Assembly: GCA_963824605.1 (NCBI GenBank)
Contig: CAWGPZ010000014.1
Location: forward strand, 11,263 to 75,262
Length of the DNA stretch: 64,000 nt
From: an uncultured Actinomycetota bacterium
Lineage (GTDB): Bacteria > Actinomycetota > Actinomycetes > JAHEKZ01
Reading direction: 5' to 3'
Of the stretch, positions 10,801 to 19,824 are shown in pieces. The position numbers were made by a program, and so were the translations under genes. Numbering within the stretch: the stretch's first letter is position 1; each line of letters begins with the position of its first letter. Under the pieces are notes generated by a model. The model searched no databases, was not told the DNA's origin, and saw only the letters and a program-made list of their open reading frames with translations.

Positions 10801-11402
10801 AGGTCAACCCGCTCGCTCTCGAGGAGTTCTCGGCCATGGAGGAGCGGCACCAGTTCCTCACCGAGCAGCTGGAAGACCTCAAGAAGACCAAGCGTGACCT
10901 GCTCGACATCATCCGCGAGGTCGACCATCGGGTGGAGCAGGTCTTCACCGAGGCCTACCACGACGTCGCTCGCGAGTTCGTCGACGTGTTCGCCCGGCTC
11001 TTCCCCGGTGGTGAAGGTCGGCTGGTCCTGACCGACCCCTCCGACATGCTGGCCACGGGCGTCGACATCGAGGCACGCCCCCCTGGCAAGAAGGTCAAGC
11101 GACTCTCCTTGCTGTCAGGTGGCGAGCGTTCGCTCACGGCCGTCGCGTTCTTGATCGCGCTCTTCAAGGCTCGGCCCAGCCCCTTCTACGTCCTGGACGA
11201 GGTCGAGGCCGCGCTCGACGACACCAACCTCGGTCGGCTGCTCGACATCTATGAGGAGCTGCGTGAGAACAGCCAGCTCATCGTCATCACGCACCAGAAG
11301 CGCACGATGGAGGTGGCCGACGCCCTGTACGGCGTCTCCATGCGCGGAGACGGTGTGAGCGCGGTCATCAGCCAGCGTCTGCGCGAGGCCGAGTCGGCCT
11401 GA
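7839..11402 (+). CDS. smc: chromosome segregation protein SMC
   Basis: 1187 aa. N-terminal Walker A GPNGSGKSN, long coiled coils, hinge, C-terminal LSGGE signature and Walker B. Confidence 0.97.
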   Translation: MYLKTLTLRGFKSFASSTTLRFEPGITCVVGPNGSGKSNVVDALSWVMGEQGAKSLRGGKMEDVIFAGTSGRPPLGRAEVVLTIDNTDGALPIDYTEVTISRTMFRNGGSEYAINGEPCRLLDVQELLSDSGIGREMHVIVGQGQLDSVLSATPEDRRGFIEEAAGVLKHRKRKEKALRKLDAMEANLVRLTDLTSELRRQLKPLGRQAEVARRASVVQADVRDARLRILADDLTGYRVALEQEVADENALLKLRAEAEAALATSQQREIELESAVAATLPALTDAQETWFRLSGLRDRFRGLASLATERVRFAADVPTHRTSGREPEDMEREAVQIREQEGALESTVQRDRVTLAAAEQERLEAEQALAGEEAQVAGQLRAIADRREGMARLAGKVAAARTTVDASASEQERLAATLAEAEERARAAHDEFASVESQIAGLDEGEVDLDAEFESASQSLAQARERVAALREEERSAEQERAALMARVEALNIGLDRKDGSSALLAASDDLSGLLGSVAAILTIEPGAEAAIGAALGVAADAVAVSSVDSAVDALALLKREDGGRAGIVVGGGQAYGSSEWPVLPAYATYAIDLVQAPEQVRPALRHLLEQVAVVDGVDEARTLIADIPTVTAVTRDGDLIGASFVQGGSSRMPSLLEVQAAVDEANEQLVATTHRCERLRFALTQSTDAELEAQQQVDGALVRLHESDARLSAVAEKLGQLGSVARNAAAEAARVQAAIDSAKERHGAASTALVELQERLDSAERAPDVGEPDLTARNQLAQDVVAAREAETEARLAVRTGEERARALHGRADQLDRAAAEERTAREEARALAERAAREAEVARAVLRACDIVASRLDRSLQLATDARAAAENRRTVLEAELLDVRARTRSISGDLDQLTDSVHRDEVARTEQRLRIEQIEARAMEEFGVDVEALIAEYGPDQLVPPPLLAPDEEETDPPRQPIPYVRTEQEKRLRAAERNLAVLGKVNPLALEEFSAMEERHQFLTEQLEDLKKTKRDLLDIIREVDHRVEQVFTEAYHDVAREFVDVFARLFPGGEGRLVLTDPSDMLATGVDIEARPPGKKVKRLSLLSGGERSLTAVAFLIALFKARPSPFYVLDEVEAALDDTNLGRLLDIYEELRENSQLIVITHQKRTMEVADALYGVSMRGDGVSAVISQRLREAESA

Positions 11403-11423
11403 CGCGTGGCACGCGCAGAGCCT

Positions 11424-11480
11424 CCCAGCCGATGACTCCCAGCCCAGTGATCCCCAGCCCAGTGATCCCCAGCCGATGAC
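11424..11480. repeat. short tandem duplication: cccagccgatgac ... (ccagcccagtgatcc)x2 ... cccagccgatgac, around the start of the 11476 membrane-protein gene
   Basis: Read directly. The 15-bp unit is present twice in tandem, flanked by a 13-bp direct repeat. Confidence 0.6.
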
Positions 11481-11838
11481 CCAGTCGGGGCGCCTGACGT
11501 TCCTTACCTTCGTCACCGTTGCCATCGGTCTGTTCGCCGGCTTCGTGCTGGCCCTGATGGCTGCACTGGCGGTGCGCGACTCGTCGGGAGACCTCGGAGC
11601 CGTCGGCTACCTCGCCGCGTCACTACCCGGTCTCGTCGCCGCCGGCGGGTGGGCTGTCGTCAACCAGGCAGCAACCGGCCGGAAGCTCCTGGGCATCGCC
11701 GCGGTCTTCTTCGGATCGTCGGCGGCCCTGATCTTCTTGGCGCAGTTCGGCCCGATAGGGCTGGTGCTGGCCATGGGTGTGTCCGGTGGGTTCGGGGTGG
11801 CGGCTCGTCGGCTGCTCGATCCGCTGCCGGACGCCTGA
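11476..11838 (+). CDS. hypothetical membrane protein (3-4 TM helices)
   Basis: 120 aa, hydrophobic helices. Its start region is embedded in a short tandem repeat (see the 11424-11480 repeat feature). Confidence 0.5.
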   Translation: MTQSGRLTFLTFVTVAIGLFAGFVLALMAALAVRDSSGDLGAVGYLAASLPGLVAAGGWAVVNQAATGRKLLGIAAVFFGSSAALIFLAQFGPIGLVLAMGVSGGFGVAARRLLDPLPDA

Positions 11839-11981
11839 TCCGGCGTGCAGCCGCGAGGCACTCCGGTCCCAGCGCCGCGGTTGGGCTTGCTCAAGAGCCC
11901 GCCCACGCTCCTGCCCAGGTTCACCCTCCCCGGTCAGCACACCCCGGACCGGCGTCCGCGATGCTCTGAGAGAATCCGCAG

Positions 11982-13139
11982 GTGAATGCCATTGAGTGGA
12001 TCGCGGTCATCGCTGCCGTGCTTGTCGTCGTCTTCGGTCTCGGACTCCTGGCGTTTCGTGGCGGTCGCGGCCGCGCAGCGCCCCGGGATGTCACTGGGCG
12101 TCGAGACGAGCACATCCCTGGAGTCGGCGATGACGCTGCGCCGCCACGAGACACTCCCAAGCGCACCATCGCGACCGTGCCGCTCCCGGACGCACCCGCC
12201 GCAGGTGGCGGAACCCCCACGCTTGATCGCCCAGCGCCCGTTGCCGGACGCATGGGTCGGCTTCGTGAGCGGCTTGCCCGCTCAGGGGCGCTCGGCCAGG
12301 GGATCGTCTCGCTGCTGTCGCGCTCTGGCATCGATGACGCGACATGGGAAGAGATCGAGGACTCACTGATCGCCGCCGACATGGGTGTGGCCGTAGCCGC
12401 CCAGGTGGTCGAAGACCTGCGCACAGCCATGGCCGCGCAACCAGGCGCTGCTCCCCGCGACCTCTTGCGTGCCGAGTTGCTGGCGCTGGTGAACCCCGGG
12501 CTCGACCGCAGCCTGGCCGTCGAGGTGCCCGGACGCCCGGCGGTCGTTCTCGTCGTCGGCGTCAACGGCACGGGCAAGACGACGACAACGGGAAAGCTTG
12601 CTCGCGTCCTCGTAGCAGAGGATCGCGATGTCGTACTCGGTGCAGCCGACACCTTCCGGGCGGCGGCCGCCGATCAGCTGCAGACCTGGGGCGACCGCGT
12701 GGGCGTGCCGGTCGTGCGCGGCCCCGAGGGGGGAGACCCGGCGAGCGTGGGGTTCGAAGCGGTCAGAACGGCGATCGAGACCGAGGCCGACGTGCTGTTG
12801 GTCGACACGGCCGGACGCCTGCACACCAAGACCGGTCTGATGGACGAGCTCGGCAAGGTGAAGCGCGTGATCGAGAAGCAGGCACCGGTCGACGAGGTGC
12901 TGCTCGTCCTCGATGCCACGACAGGGCAGAACGGGATGGCACAGGCCAAGGTGTTCGCCGAGGTTGTCGACGTGACAGGGGTGGTGCTCACCAAGCTCGA
13001 TGGCACTGCCAAGGGCGGGATCGTCGCATCGGTGCAGCGTGAGCTGGGTGTTCCCGTGAAACTCGTCGGTCTTGGTGAAGGCCCAGATGACCTTGCGCCG
13101 TTCGACGCTGAGGTGTTCGTCGACGCGCTGCTGGGATAG
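11982..13139 (+). CDS. ftsY: signal recognition particle receptor FtsY
   Basis: N-terminal TM segment, then SRP-GTPase domain with GVNGTGKTTT and DTAGR motifs. Confidence 0.95.
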   Translation: MNAIEWIAVIAAVLVVVFGLGLLAFRGGRGRAAPRDVTGRRDEHIPGVGDDAAPPRDTPKRTIATVPLPDAPAAGGGTPTLDRPAPVAGRMGRLRERLARSGALGQGIVSLLSRSGIDDATWEEIEDSLIAADMGVAVAAQVVEDLRTAMAAQPGAAPRDLLRAELLALVNPGLDRSLAVEVPGRPAVVLVVGVNGTGKTTTTGKLARVLVAEDRDVVLGAADTFRAAAADQLQTWGDRVGVPVVRGPEGGDPASVGFEAVRTAIETEADVLLVDTAGRLHTKTGLMDELGKVKRVIEKQAPVDEVLLVLDATTGQNGMAQAKVFAEVVDVTGVVLTKLDGTAKGGIVASVQRELGVPVKLVGLGEGPDDLAPFDAEVFVDALLG

Positions 13140-13248
13140 CAGCGCTGGACAAGCCCTCGTTCACGGACCGCGGGGGATGCTGACGAGTGACTGACCGCGA
13201 GGCCCCACGAAGGTCACAGCAGCCGGCGACCCACCCCCTGAGCCCTGT

Positions 13249-14540
13249 CTAGCGATCGGGGACTTCAATCTGCCAACCGCCCTCATGCACCAGACGGTGG
13301 TGGAACCGGCAGAGGAGAACCGCGTTGTCGACGTCGGTTGCGCCGCCCGCCGACCAGGGATGCACGTGGTGGGCGTCGGTGTGTGCTGGAGGGTCGTGTG
13401 CAGTTGGGGAAGCGACAGCCGCCATCGCGGAGCGCCAGCAGTCGCCGTTGGTGCGACGAGAAGGGCCGCTGGCTGCGCCCAAGCCCCATGGGGATCCCGT
13501 GAACGTCGAGCAGCACCGGGTTGATCTGCGCGTCGCAGGCGATGCGTGCGACGCCCACCGGGTGCAGCGGAGTGGCGCCGCCGGGAGTTTGTGGCAGCCA
13601 CGCGGTGCCTGGTAGCGTGGGAAAGCGGGAGCCTGACGCTAGTGGCGTCACCACTCGCTTCACCGGGCCCTCCGGCTATCAAGACCTGCAGGTGCGGCCG
13701 CTCGCCGCCGACCATCGGCAGCAGCCGGTGGTCGCAGGCCGTCCTGACGATGTCGGTGAGACCGTCGGCGCGGCGCTGGGCCGCACTCCTCGCGTCCCCT
13801 GGCCCCATCGGGACGAGGAACGGCTCGAGCGCGGCGTTGAGAAGGGCCGCTGACTCTGCGTCGAGCAGCCCGTCGACCGACGTCATGCCGTCCAGGAGGG
13901 GCGCCAGGGTCAGATGACGGCGCTCGAACTGCCGCTCGCAGTCGGCCAGCGTTCCATCGGGGTCGGCGACCAGTCGAAGGTGCTTTCCCGCGGTTCGCAC
14001 ATCAGCGACTGGCGCGGTCACCGCCAGGTCAGTCAGCAGGGCGACGGCTTCCGCCTGTCGACCGGCTGGGATGAATCGGACCGCTCGGTCGATGCTGCGC
14101 AGGTGGTCGAAGGTGATGCCGCCGCTGCGGAGGTGACCGACGGGCGCCGCAAGAACGTCGCGAGAGCGTCGGGCGATCCTGACCCGTTCACTGGCATCGC
14201 CGGGGGCCAGGCCGACCGCTCCTCGCAGCCAGCTCGCCGTGCTCGCGGCTCCGTGCAGCGTCTCTCCGTCACCTGCGGCATCGAAGTTGGCGACGGCGGT
14301 GAGCATCGCGGCATCGACGGCGTCGCGGAGCTGCTGCAGCCCGGCGACCCAGGCGGCTCGCTCGTCGGGGGAGGTGGCCGCCATCGTGCCTTCGACTTCT
14401 CGGTCGGTCCAGCCCCGCACGCTCCTCAAGCGCAGCAGCGAGCGGCGCGGGAAGCGAAGCGGGCCGGTACATGCGGAGAACCTCTCGACGGCTACGGATC
14501 TGATGGCGGCGGTGAGATCTCGTCGTGTCATCGGGTTCAT
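13249..14540 (-). pseudogene. HNH endonuclease of the DUF222 / REP13E12 family, disrupted by two frameshifts
   Basis: The DUF222-like N-terminal region (ANFDAAG...AASTASWLRGA) is in the frame of the 689-aa ORF. The HNH core ARIACDAQINPVLLD...RDGGCRFPNCTRP is in a second frame (ORF 13283-13663). The motif HHVHPWSAGGATDVDNAVLLCRFHHRLVHEGGW is in a third frame (ORF 13249-13482). Shifts lie near 13580 and near 13393. Confidence 0.75.
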
Positions 14541-14652
14541 CGCAGTGGGCTGTCCGCCTGAGTGATTCGACCCTAGAGGAGGCCACTGACAACGACGGCC
14601 GGTTCGTGAACAGTTACCCTCGACAGGTCGATCCCCGTCACGAAGGTAGCCA

Positions 14653-16185
14653 GTGTTCACCACGCTCCAGGACCGCCTGACCGCCACGTTCAAGAACCTC
14701 CGCGGCAAGGGCAAGCTCTCCGACGCCGATATCGACGCCACCCTGCGCGAGATCCGGGTGGCGCTGCTCGAGGCCGACGTCGCGCTCCCCGTTGTCAAGG
14801 AGTTCGTGGCGTCGGTGCGCGAGCGCGCCAAGGGCGCTGAGGTCTCGCAGGCGCTCAATCCCGCGCAGCAGATCGTCAAGATCGTCAACGAAGAGCTCGT
14901 GGGCATCCTCGGTGGCGAGACGCGGCGGATCCGGTTCGCCAAGACCCCGCCCACCGTCATCATGCTGGCTGGTCTGCAAGGCGCGGGAAAGACAACGCTT
15001 GCCGGAAAGCTCGCCCTGTGGCTGAAGAGCCAGGGACACCAGCCCGTTCTGGTCGCGGCCGATCTGCAGCGACCCAATGCGGTGCAGCAGCTGCAGGTGG
15101 TGGGTGAACGCGCGGGGGTTGCGGTCTTCGCCCCAGAGCCGGGCAGCGGAGTCGGCGATCCAGTTCGGGTCTCGCGAGACGCCATCACGTTTGCGAACGA
15201 CAAGCAGCACGACGTCGTCGTCGTCGACACCGCAGGCCGGCTCGGTGTCGACGAAGAGATGATGCAGCAGGCACGTCAGATCCGCGACGCCGTGAGCCCG
15301 GACGAGGTGCTCTTCGTCCTGGACGCCATGGTCGGCCAGGACGCGCTGGCCACGGCCCAGGCGTTCCTCGACGGCGTCGGTTTCGACGGGGTGGTTCTCA
15401 CCAAGCTCGACGGTGACGCCCGCGGTGGTGCAGCCCTTTCGGTGCGTGGCGTGACCGGCAAGCCGATCATGTTCGCCAGCAACGGCGAGAAGCTCGACGA
15501 GTTCGACGTCTTCCACCCCGAGCGGATGGCGTCCCGCATCCTCGACATGGGCGACATGCTCACCCTGATCGAGCAGGCCGAGAAGGTCTTCGAGCGCGAT
15601 CAGGCCGAAGAGATGGCCGCCAAGCTCGCGTCGGGCACCAACTTCACGCTCGAAGACTTCCTCGCACAGCTTCAGGCCGTGCAGAAGATGGGCTCGATCG
15701 GCAAGCTGCTCGGCATGCTCCCGGGCATGAGCGAGCACAAGGAGGCGATCAACAACCTCGACGACAGCGAGTTCGACCGCATCCGGGCGGTCATCCAGTC
15801 GATGACGCCGGGCGAGCGGGCTGACGTCAAGGTGCTGAACGCTTCGCGGCGGCAGCGGATCGCGTCCGGGTCAGGCACGCAGGTCAGTGACGTGAATCAG
15901 CTCGTCAACCGCTTCCTCGAAGCCCGCAAGATGATGAGTCAGATGGCCAAGGGCGGAGGCATCCCCGGGATGCCGGCGATTCCTGGGATGCCGGGGGGCG
16001 GAGCCGGCGGAGGGCGTCCGAAGAAGGGCAAGAAGGGCGCCAAGGGCAAGAAGGGCAAGGTGAGCGGAAACCCCGCCAAGCGTGCCCAGCAGGCGGCCGC
16101 CAAAGAGGCGGGGCAGACCGAGAGCACCCCGGCCGACACGCTGACCGAGCTTCCCGATGCCTTCAACGACCTGCTCGGCCGCTGA
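14653..16185 (+). CDS. ffh: signal recognition particle protein Ffh (SRP54)
   Basis: GLQGAGKTT and DTAGR GTPase motifs. Methionine-rich M-domain and Gly/Lys-rich C-terminal tail. Confidence 0.97.
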   Translation: MFTTLQDRLTATFKNLRGKGKLSDADIDATLREIRVALLEADVALPVVKEFVASVRERAKGAEVSQALNPAQQIVKIVNEELVGILGGETRRIRFAKTPPTVIMLAGLQGAGKTTLAGKLALWLKSQGHQPVLVAADLQRPNAVQQLQVVGERAGVAVFAPEPGSGVGDPVRVSRDAITFANDKQHDVVVVDTAGRLGVDEEMMQQARQIRDAVSPDEVLFVLDAMVGQDALATAQAFLDGVGFDGVVLTKLDGDARGGAALSVRGVTGKPIMFASNGEKLDEFDVFHPERMASRILDMGDMLTLIEQAEKVFERDQAEEMAAKLASGTNFTLEDFLAQLQAVQKMGSIGKLLGMLPGMSEHKEAINNLDDSEFDRIRAVIQSMTPGERADVKVLNASRRQRIASGSGTQVSDVNQLVNRFLEARKMMSQMAKGGGIPGMPAIPGMPGGGAGGGRPKKGKKGAKGKKGKVSGNPAKRAQQAAAKEAGQTESTPADTLTELPDAFNDLLGR

Positions 16186-16351
16186 GGCGGTTTGGGATGC
16201 CGGGCTCCCCTCTGGCAGACTGACGGGCTGAACCCGACGGGCTGGCGGCCCTCTCACCGCTCAGCGCCGACGAGTCCGTTTGTACTGACGCTCGACAACC
16301 CCACGTCGTGAGGCAGTGCATGTCCCACCAGAACCAGGAGTTCTCGCCACT

Positions 16352-16939
16352 GTGGCCGTCAAGATCAAGCTCAAGCGCATCGGCAAGATGCACCAACCGC
16401 ACTACCGCATCGTCATCGCCGACGCCCGCACAGCGCGTGGCGGCCGGGCGATCGAGGAGATCGGTCAGTACCACCCGATCGAGAACCCGTCGCGGATCCA
16501 GGTCGACTCCGAGCGCGTGCAGTACTGGCTCGGCGTCGGCGCCCAGCCGACCGAAGCTGTCGCGGCCATTCTCCGGGTGACCGGCGACTGGCAGTCCTTC
16601 AAGGGTGAGCCCGCGCCTCCCGCGATGCTGGTGGCTGAGGTCAAGGCCGACAAGAAGTCGGTCTTCGAGGCTGCGGCCAAGGAGTCGGCCGGCATCGACG
16701 AGAAGCCAGCCACGACGCCGAAGGCCAAGAAGAAGGCGGCCCCCAAGGCGGACGAGAAGGCAGAGCCCAAGGCTGCGGACAAGGCTGACGAGAAGGCGGC
16801 CCCCAAGGCGGACGAGAAGCCTGAGCCCGCGGCCGACGCGCCCGCCAGTGCTGACGCCGCCCCCGCGGCTCCGGCCGCTGACGCTGCCGCTTCAGACGAC
16901 GCCGGCAAGGACGCTCCCGAGAGTCCGGCAGACGCATGA
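16352..16939 (+). CDS. rpsP: 30S ribosomal protein S16 with long Ala/Lys/Pro-rich C-terminal extension
   Basis: [21 protein letters not shown]...IEEIGQYHP from a GTG start. About 100-aa AKP-rich tail built on a 27-bp DNA repeat. Confidence 0.9.
   Translation: MAVKIKLKRIGKMHQPHYRIVIADARTARGGRAIEEIGQYHPIENPSRIQVDSERVQYWLGVGAQPTEAVAAILRVTGDWQSFKGEPAPPAMLVAEVKADKKSVFEAAAKESAGIDEKPATTPKAKKKAAPKADEKAEPKAADKADEKAAPKADEKPEPAADAPASADAAPAAPAADAAASDDAGKDAPESPADA
16733..16819. repeat. 27-bp direct repeat (aaggcggcccccaaggcggacgagaag) recurring with 60-bp period inside the rpsP tail
   Basis: Exact copies at 16733-16759 and 16793-16819. Confidence 0.7.
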
Positions 16940-17178
16940 TCGAGCAGGCCCTGGACCACTTGGTGCGAGGCATCGTCGACAACCCGGACGACGTCCAGGT
17001 GAGGTTGCGCGAGCAGCGTCGTGGTGGACGCCTCTACGAGGTCAGGGTGCATCCCGACGACCTCGGTCGGGTCATCGGTCGGGGCGGACGTACCGCGTCA
17101 TCGGTGCGAACGGTCGCCGATGCGCTGGCGAAGCGGCGCGTACGTGTCGACTTCATGGACTCAGCGGGATCCCGCTGA
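16936..17178 (+). CDS. KH-domain RNA-binding protein (Rv2908c/YlqC-like)
   Basis: 80 aa. [16 protein letters not shown] loop. ATGA overlap with the rpsP stop. Conserved partner of rpsP-rimM. Confidence 0.85.
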   Translation: MIEQALDHLVRGIVDNPDDVQVRLREQRRGGRLYEVRVHPDDLGRVIGRGGRTASSVRTVADALAKRRVRVDFMDSAGSR

Positions 17179-17223
17179 CCTTGCGCACCTTGCTGAACGC
17201 GTTGACCCGAAGGAACTGAGCGC

Positions 17224-17739
17224 GTGCAGGTCGTCGTCGGTCGGATCGGACGCCCCCACGGCGTCCGCGGTGATGTGACCGTTGAGCCACGCACCGACGA
17301 GCCGGATCAGCGGCTTGCGCAGGGGGCTGTGCTCGCCACCGACAGCAGGACACATCCGACTCTCACGGTCGAGACGAGTCGGTGGCACAGCGGACGGTTG
17401 TTGCTGCACTTCGAAGAGGTGACTGGCCGCAACGAGGCGGAAACGCTCCGCGGCACGTTGCTCTCGGTCGACGTCGATCCGCAGGAGCGTCCGGCTGACT
17501 CCGATGAGTTCTACGATCATCAGCTGGTTGGCCTGTCGGTCGTCCTGCTGGACGGTTCGCCGATCGGTGTCGTCAGCGAGGTCGTGCACGGCGCGCAGGA
17601 TCTGCTGGTCGTCGCGCGGCCGAAGGGTGGCACCGCCATGATTCCCTTCGTGACGGCCATCGTTCCCGAGGTCGATGTCGATGCGGGACGTGTAGTCGTC
17701 GATCCGCCGGCGGGGCTCCTCGACCTGACAGGCGAATGA
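17224..17739 (+). CDS. rimM: ribosome maturation factor RimM
   Basis: [14 protein letters not shown]-terminal motif. PRC-barrel C-terminus. Confidence 0.9.
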   Translation: MQVVVGRIGRPHGVRGDVTVEPRTDEPDQRLAQGAVLATDSRTHPTLTVETSRWHSGRLLLHFEEVTGRNEAETLRGTLLSVDVDPQERPADSDEFYDHQLVGLSVVLLDGSPIGVVSEVVHGAQDLLVVARPKGGTAMIPFVTAIVPEVDVDAGRVVVDPPAGLLDLTGE

Positions 17740-18542
17740 TCGACATGCATCTCGACGTCGTCACCATCTTTCCTGGCTACTTCGACGTCCTCGACCTTTC
17801 CCTGCTGGGCAAGGCGCAGCGGGACGGCGTCCTGGACGTGGCCGTCCATGATCTGCGCGACTACACGCACGACCGCCACCGCACGGTCGACGACACCCCC
17901 TATGGCGGCGGGCCAGGGATGCTCATGAAGCCCGAACCGTGGGGTGCCGCGCTGGATCACATCCGCGACACGCGCGCCGACGCTGATCCGCTGCTGCTGA
18001 TCCCCACTCCTGCAGGAGTTCCCTTCTCTCACGAGATGGCCCTGTCGCTGGCCGATGAACCGTGGCTGGTGCTGGCGTGCGGCAGGTACGAAGGAATCGA
18101 CGCACGAGTGGGTGAGGACGCGGCGTCCCGCTTCAGGGTGCGCGAGGTGTCGCTGGGCGACTACGTCCTCAACGGGGGAGAGGTCGCGGCACTGGCCATC
18201 ATCGAGTCCGTGGGACGCCTGCTGCCGGGGGTCGTGGGCAACGACGACTCACTCACTGAGGAGTCCCATGTGGCCGGGCTCCTGGAAGGCCCCGCCTATA
18301 CCAAGCCGGCGTCGTGGCGAGGACGTGACGTACCCCCAGTGCTGCTCTCGGGGCATCACGAGGTCATCGCCAGGGCTCGACGTGATGCCTCGCTGCGGCG
18401 GACTGCCGAGGTGCGGCCCGACCTGATCACCGACCTCGACCCTGCACAGCTCGACGAGCACGACCTCGCCACCCTCGCTGAGATCGGCTGGACCCCTGTC
18501 GACGGTCGATTTCAGGCGATCCCTTCGTCTGTGGCAGACTAG
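17736..18542 (+). CDS. trmD: tRNA (guanine37-N1)-methyltransferase TrmD
   Basis: [10 protein letters not shown] and YGGGPGM SPOUT motifs. Start overlaps the rimM stop. Confidence 0.93.
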   Translation: MIDMHLDVVTIFPGYFDVLDLSLLGKAQRDGVLDVAVHDLRDYTHDRHRTVDDTPYGGGPGMLMKPEPWGAALDHIRDTRADADPLLLIPTPAGVPFSHEMALSLADEPWLVLACGRYEGIDARVGEDAASRFRVREVSLGDYVLNGGEVAALAIIESVGRLLPGVVGNDDSLTEESHVAGLLEGPAYTKPASWRGRDVPPVLLSGHHEVIARARRDASLRRTAEVRPDLITDLDPAQLDEHDLATLAEIGWTPVDGRFQAIPSSVAD

Positions 18543-18675
18543 GCAGGCCGTTCGTCGCGTGTCGTTCCTGCCACAGGGGGCACCGCGCGCCGTAGGCATT
18601 CATCCCGTGATGCGCACGGCTGCCCGCCGTCGCTGACCCACGCTCGGCTGACCTGTGGCAGCCGCAGGAGAACCC

Positions 18676-19035
18676 ATGCACACGCTCGACGCGCTTGATG
18701 CCGACTCACTCCGTGACGACGTCCCCGACTTCCGGCCCGGAGACACTCTCAAGGTTCATGTCCGCGTCATTGAAGGAAACAAGAGCCGCGTGCAGCTCTT
18801 CCAGGGTGTCGTCATCCGGCGATCTGGTGGTGGGGTTCGCGAGACGTTCACCGTGCGCAAGGTGAGCTACGGCGTCGGCGTCGAGCGTACCTTTCCCGTT
18901 CACTCGCCGGTGATTGAGGAGATCGAGGTCGTCACCCGCGGTGCAGTCCGCCGCGCCAAGCTCTACTACCTGCGCGACCTCCGGGGCAAGGCCGCCAAGA
19001 TCAAGGAGCGCCGCGAGACCTCGTCGGCCAAGTGA
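18676..19035 (+). CDS. rplS: 50S ribosomal protein L19
   Basis: ATG with [32 protein letters not shown]. The ORF track adds 7 upstream codons. Confidence 0.93.
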   Translation: MHTLDALDADSLRDDVPDFRPGDTLKVHVRVIEGNKSRVQLFQGVVIRRSGGGVRETFTVRKVSYGVGVERTFPVHSPVIEEIEVVTRGAVRRAKLYYLRDLRGKAAKIKERRETSSAK

Positions 19036-19803
19036 CGGCCCACGCCGCAAAGCCTCCCGCAGCTGCGGATGAGTCCGCATCGGTGAGTGAGAAGCGCCCG
19101 TCCTCCTTCTGGCGCGAGCTGCCCGTCCTGGTCGTGATCGCGCTCGTCCTGGCCTTCTCTGCTCAAGACCTTTCTGATCCAGGCCTTCTTCATCCCTTCG
19201 GGGTCGATGGAGAACACGTTGCAGGTGGGCGACCGGGTGATGGTCAACAAGTTGGCCTACACCCTGGGCGACATCGAACGCGGCGATGTCATCGTCTTCA
19301 ACGGCGTCGATTCGTGGGATCCCGAGATCGAGGTGGCCGACGCCGGCAACCCGTTCTCGCAGGCCCTGCGGTCAGTCGCAGGGGCGTTCGGTTTCGCCAG
19401 TGCCAGCGAGAAGGACTACATCAAGCGCGTCATAGGACTCCCCGGAGATCGGGTCAAGTGCTGCGACAAAGAGGGCCGGATCACGGTCAACGGTGTCCCG
19501 ATCGACGAGCCCTACATCTTCAAGGGCAACAAGCCGTCGAATGACCCGTTCGACATCCGCGTTCCCGATGGGCGCCTCTGGGTGATGGGTGATCACCGTG
19601 CGGCCTCATCGGACTCGCGGGCGCACATCGGCGACCCCGGTGGTGGTGCGATACCGGTCGACAGCGTCGTGGGGCGGGCCTTCGTCATCATCTGGCCCTT
19701 CACAGACACAGGGTTCCTGACACGACCCGACACCATCGACAACGACGCCATCGACGCGGCGCAGTCGAACGATTCACTCGAGAAGGAATCAAGTACGAAG
19801 TAG
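19032..19803 (+). pseudogene. lepB: signal peptidase I, copy 1, disrupted by a +1 frameshift at about 19158-19161
   Basis: TM anchor RELPVLVVIALVLAFS is in frame 0. The next frame then reads LKTFLIQAFFIPSGSMENTL (catalytic Ser box), with GDHRAASSDSR further on. An intact reading needs removal of one base in gccttctctgctcaag. Confidence 0.75.
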
Positions 19804-19824
19804 TGGAGCCCTGGGCTCTAGGGT

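Noticed and set aside
13914-14561. 215-aa plus-strand ORF
   Set aside because: Antisense to the DUF222 pseudogene. No domain signal.
13161-15230. The 689-aa minus ORF taken as one gene
   Set aside because: Its first 230 codons are antisense to ffh and have no homology. Only the part downstream of 14540 resembles DUF222. The HNH motifs lie in two other frames. Treated as a frameshifted pseudogene instead.
19207-19803. Treating ORF 19207-19803 (MENTLQ...) as an independent functional signal peptidase
   Set aside because: It would lack both the membrane anchor and the catalytic Ser, which is encoded 5 codons upstream of its Met in the same frame. Interpreted as the 3-prime part of a frameshifted lepB.
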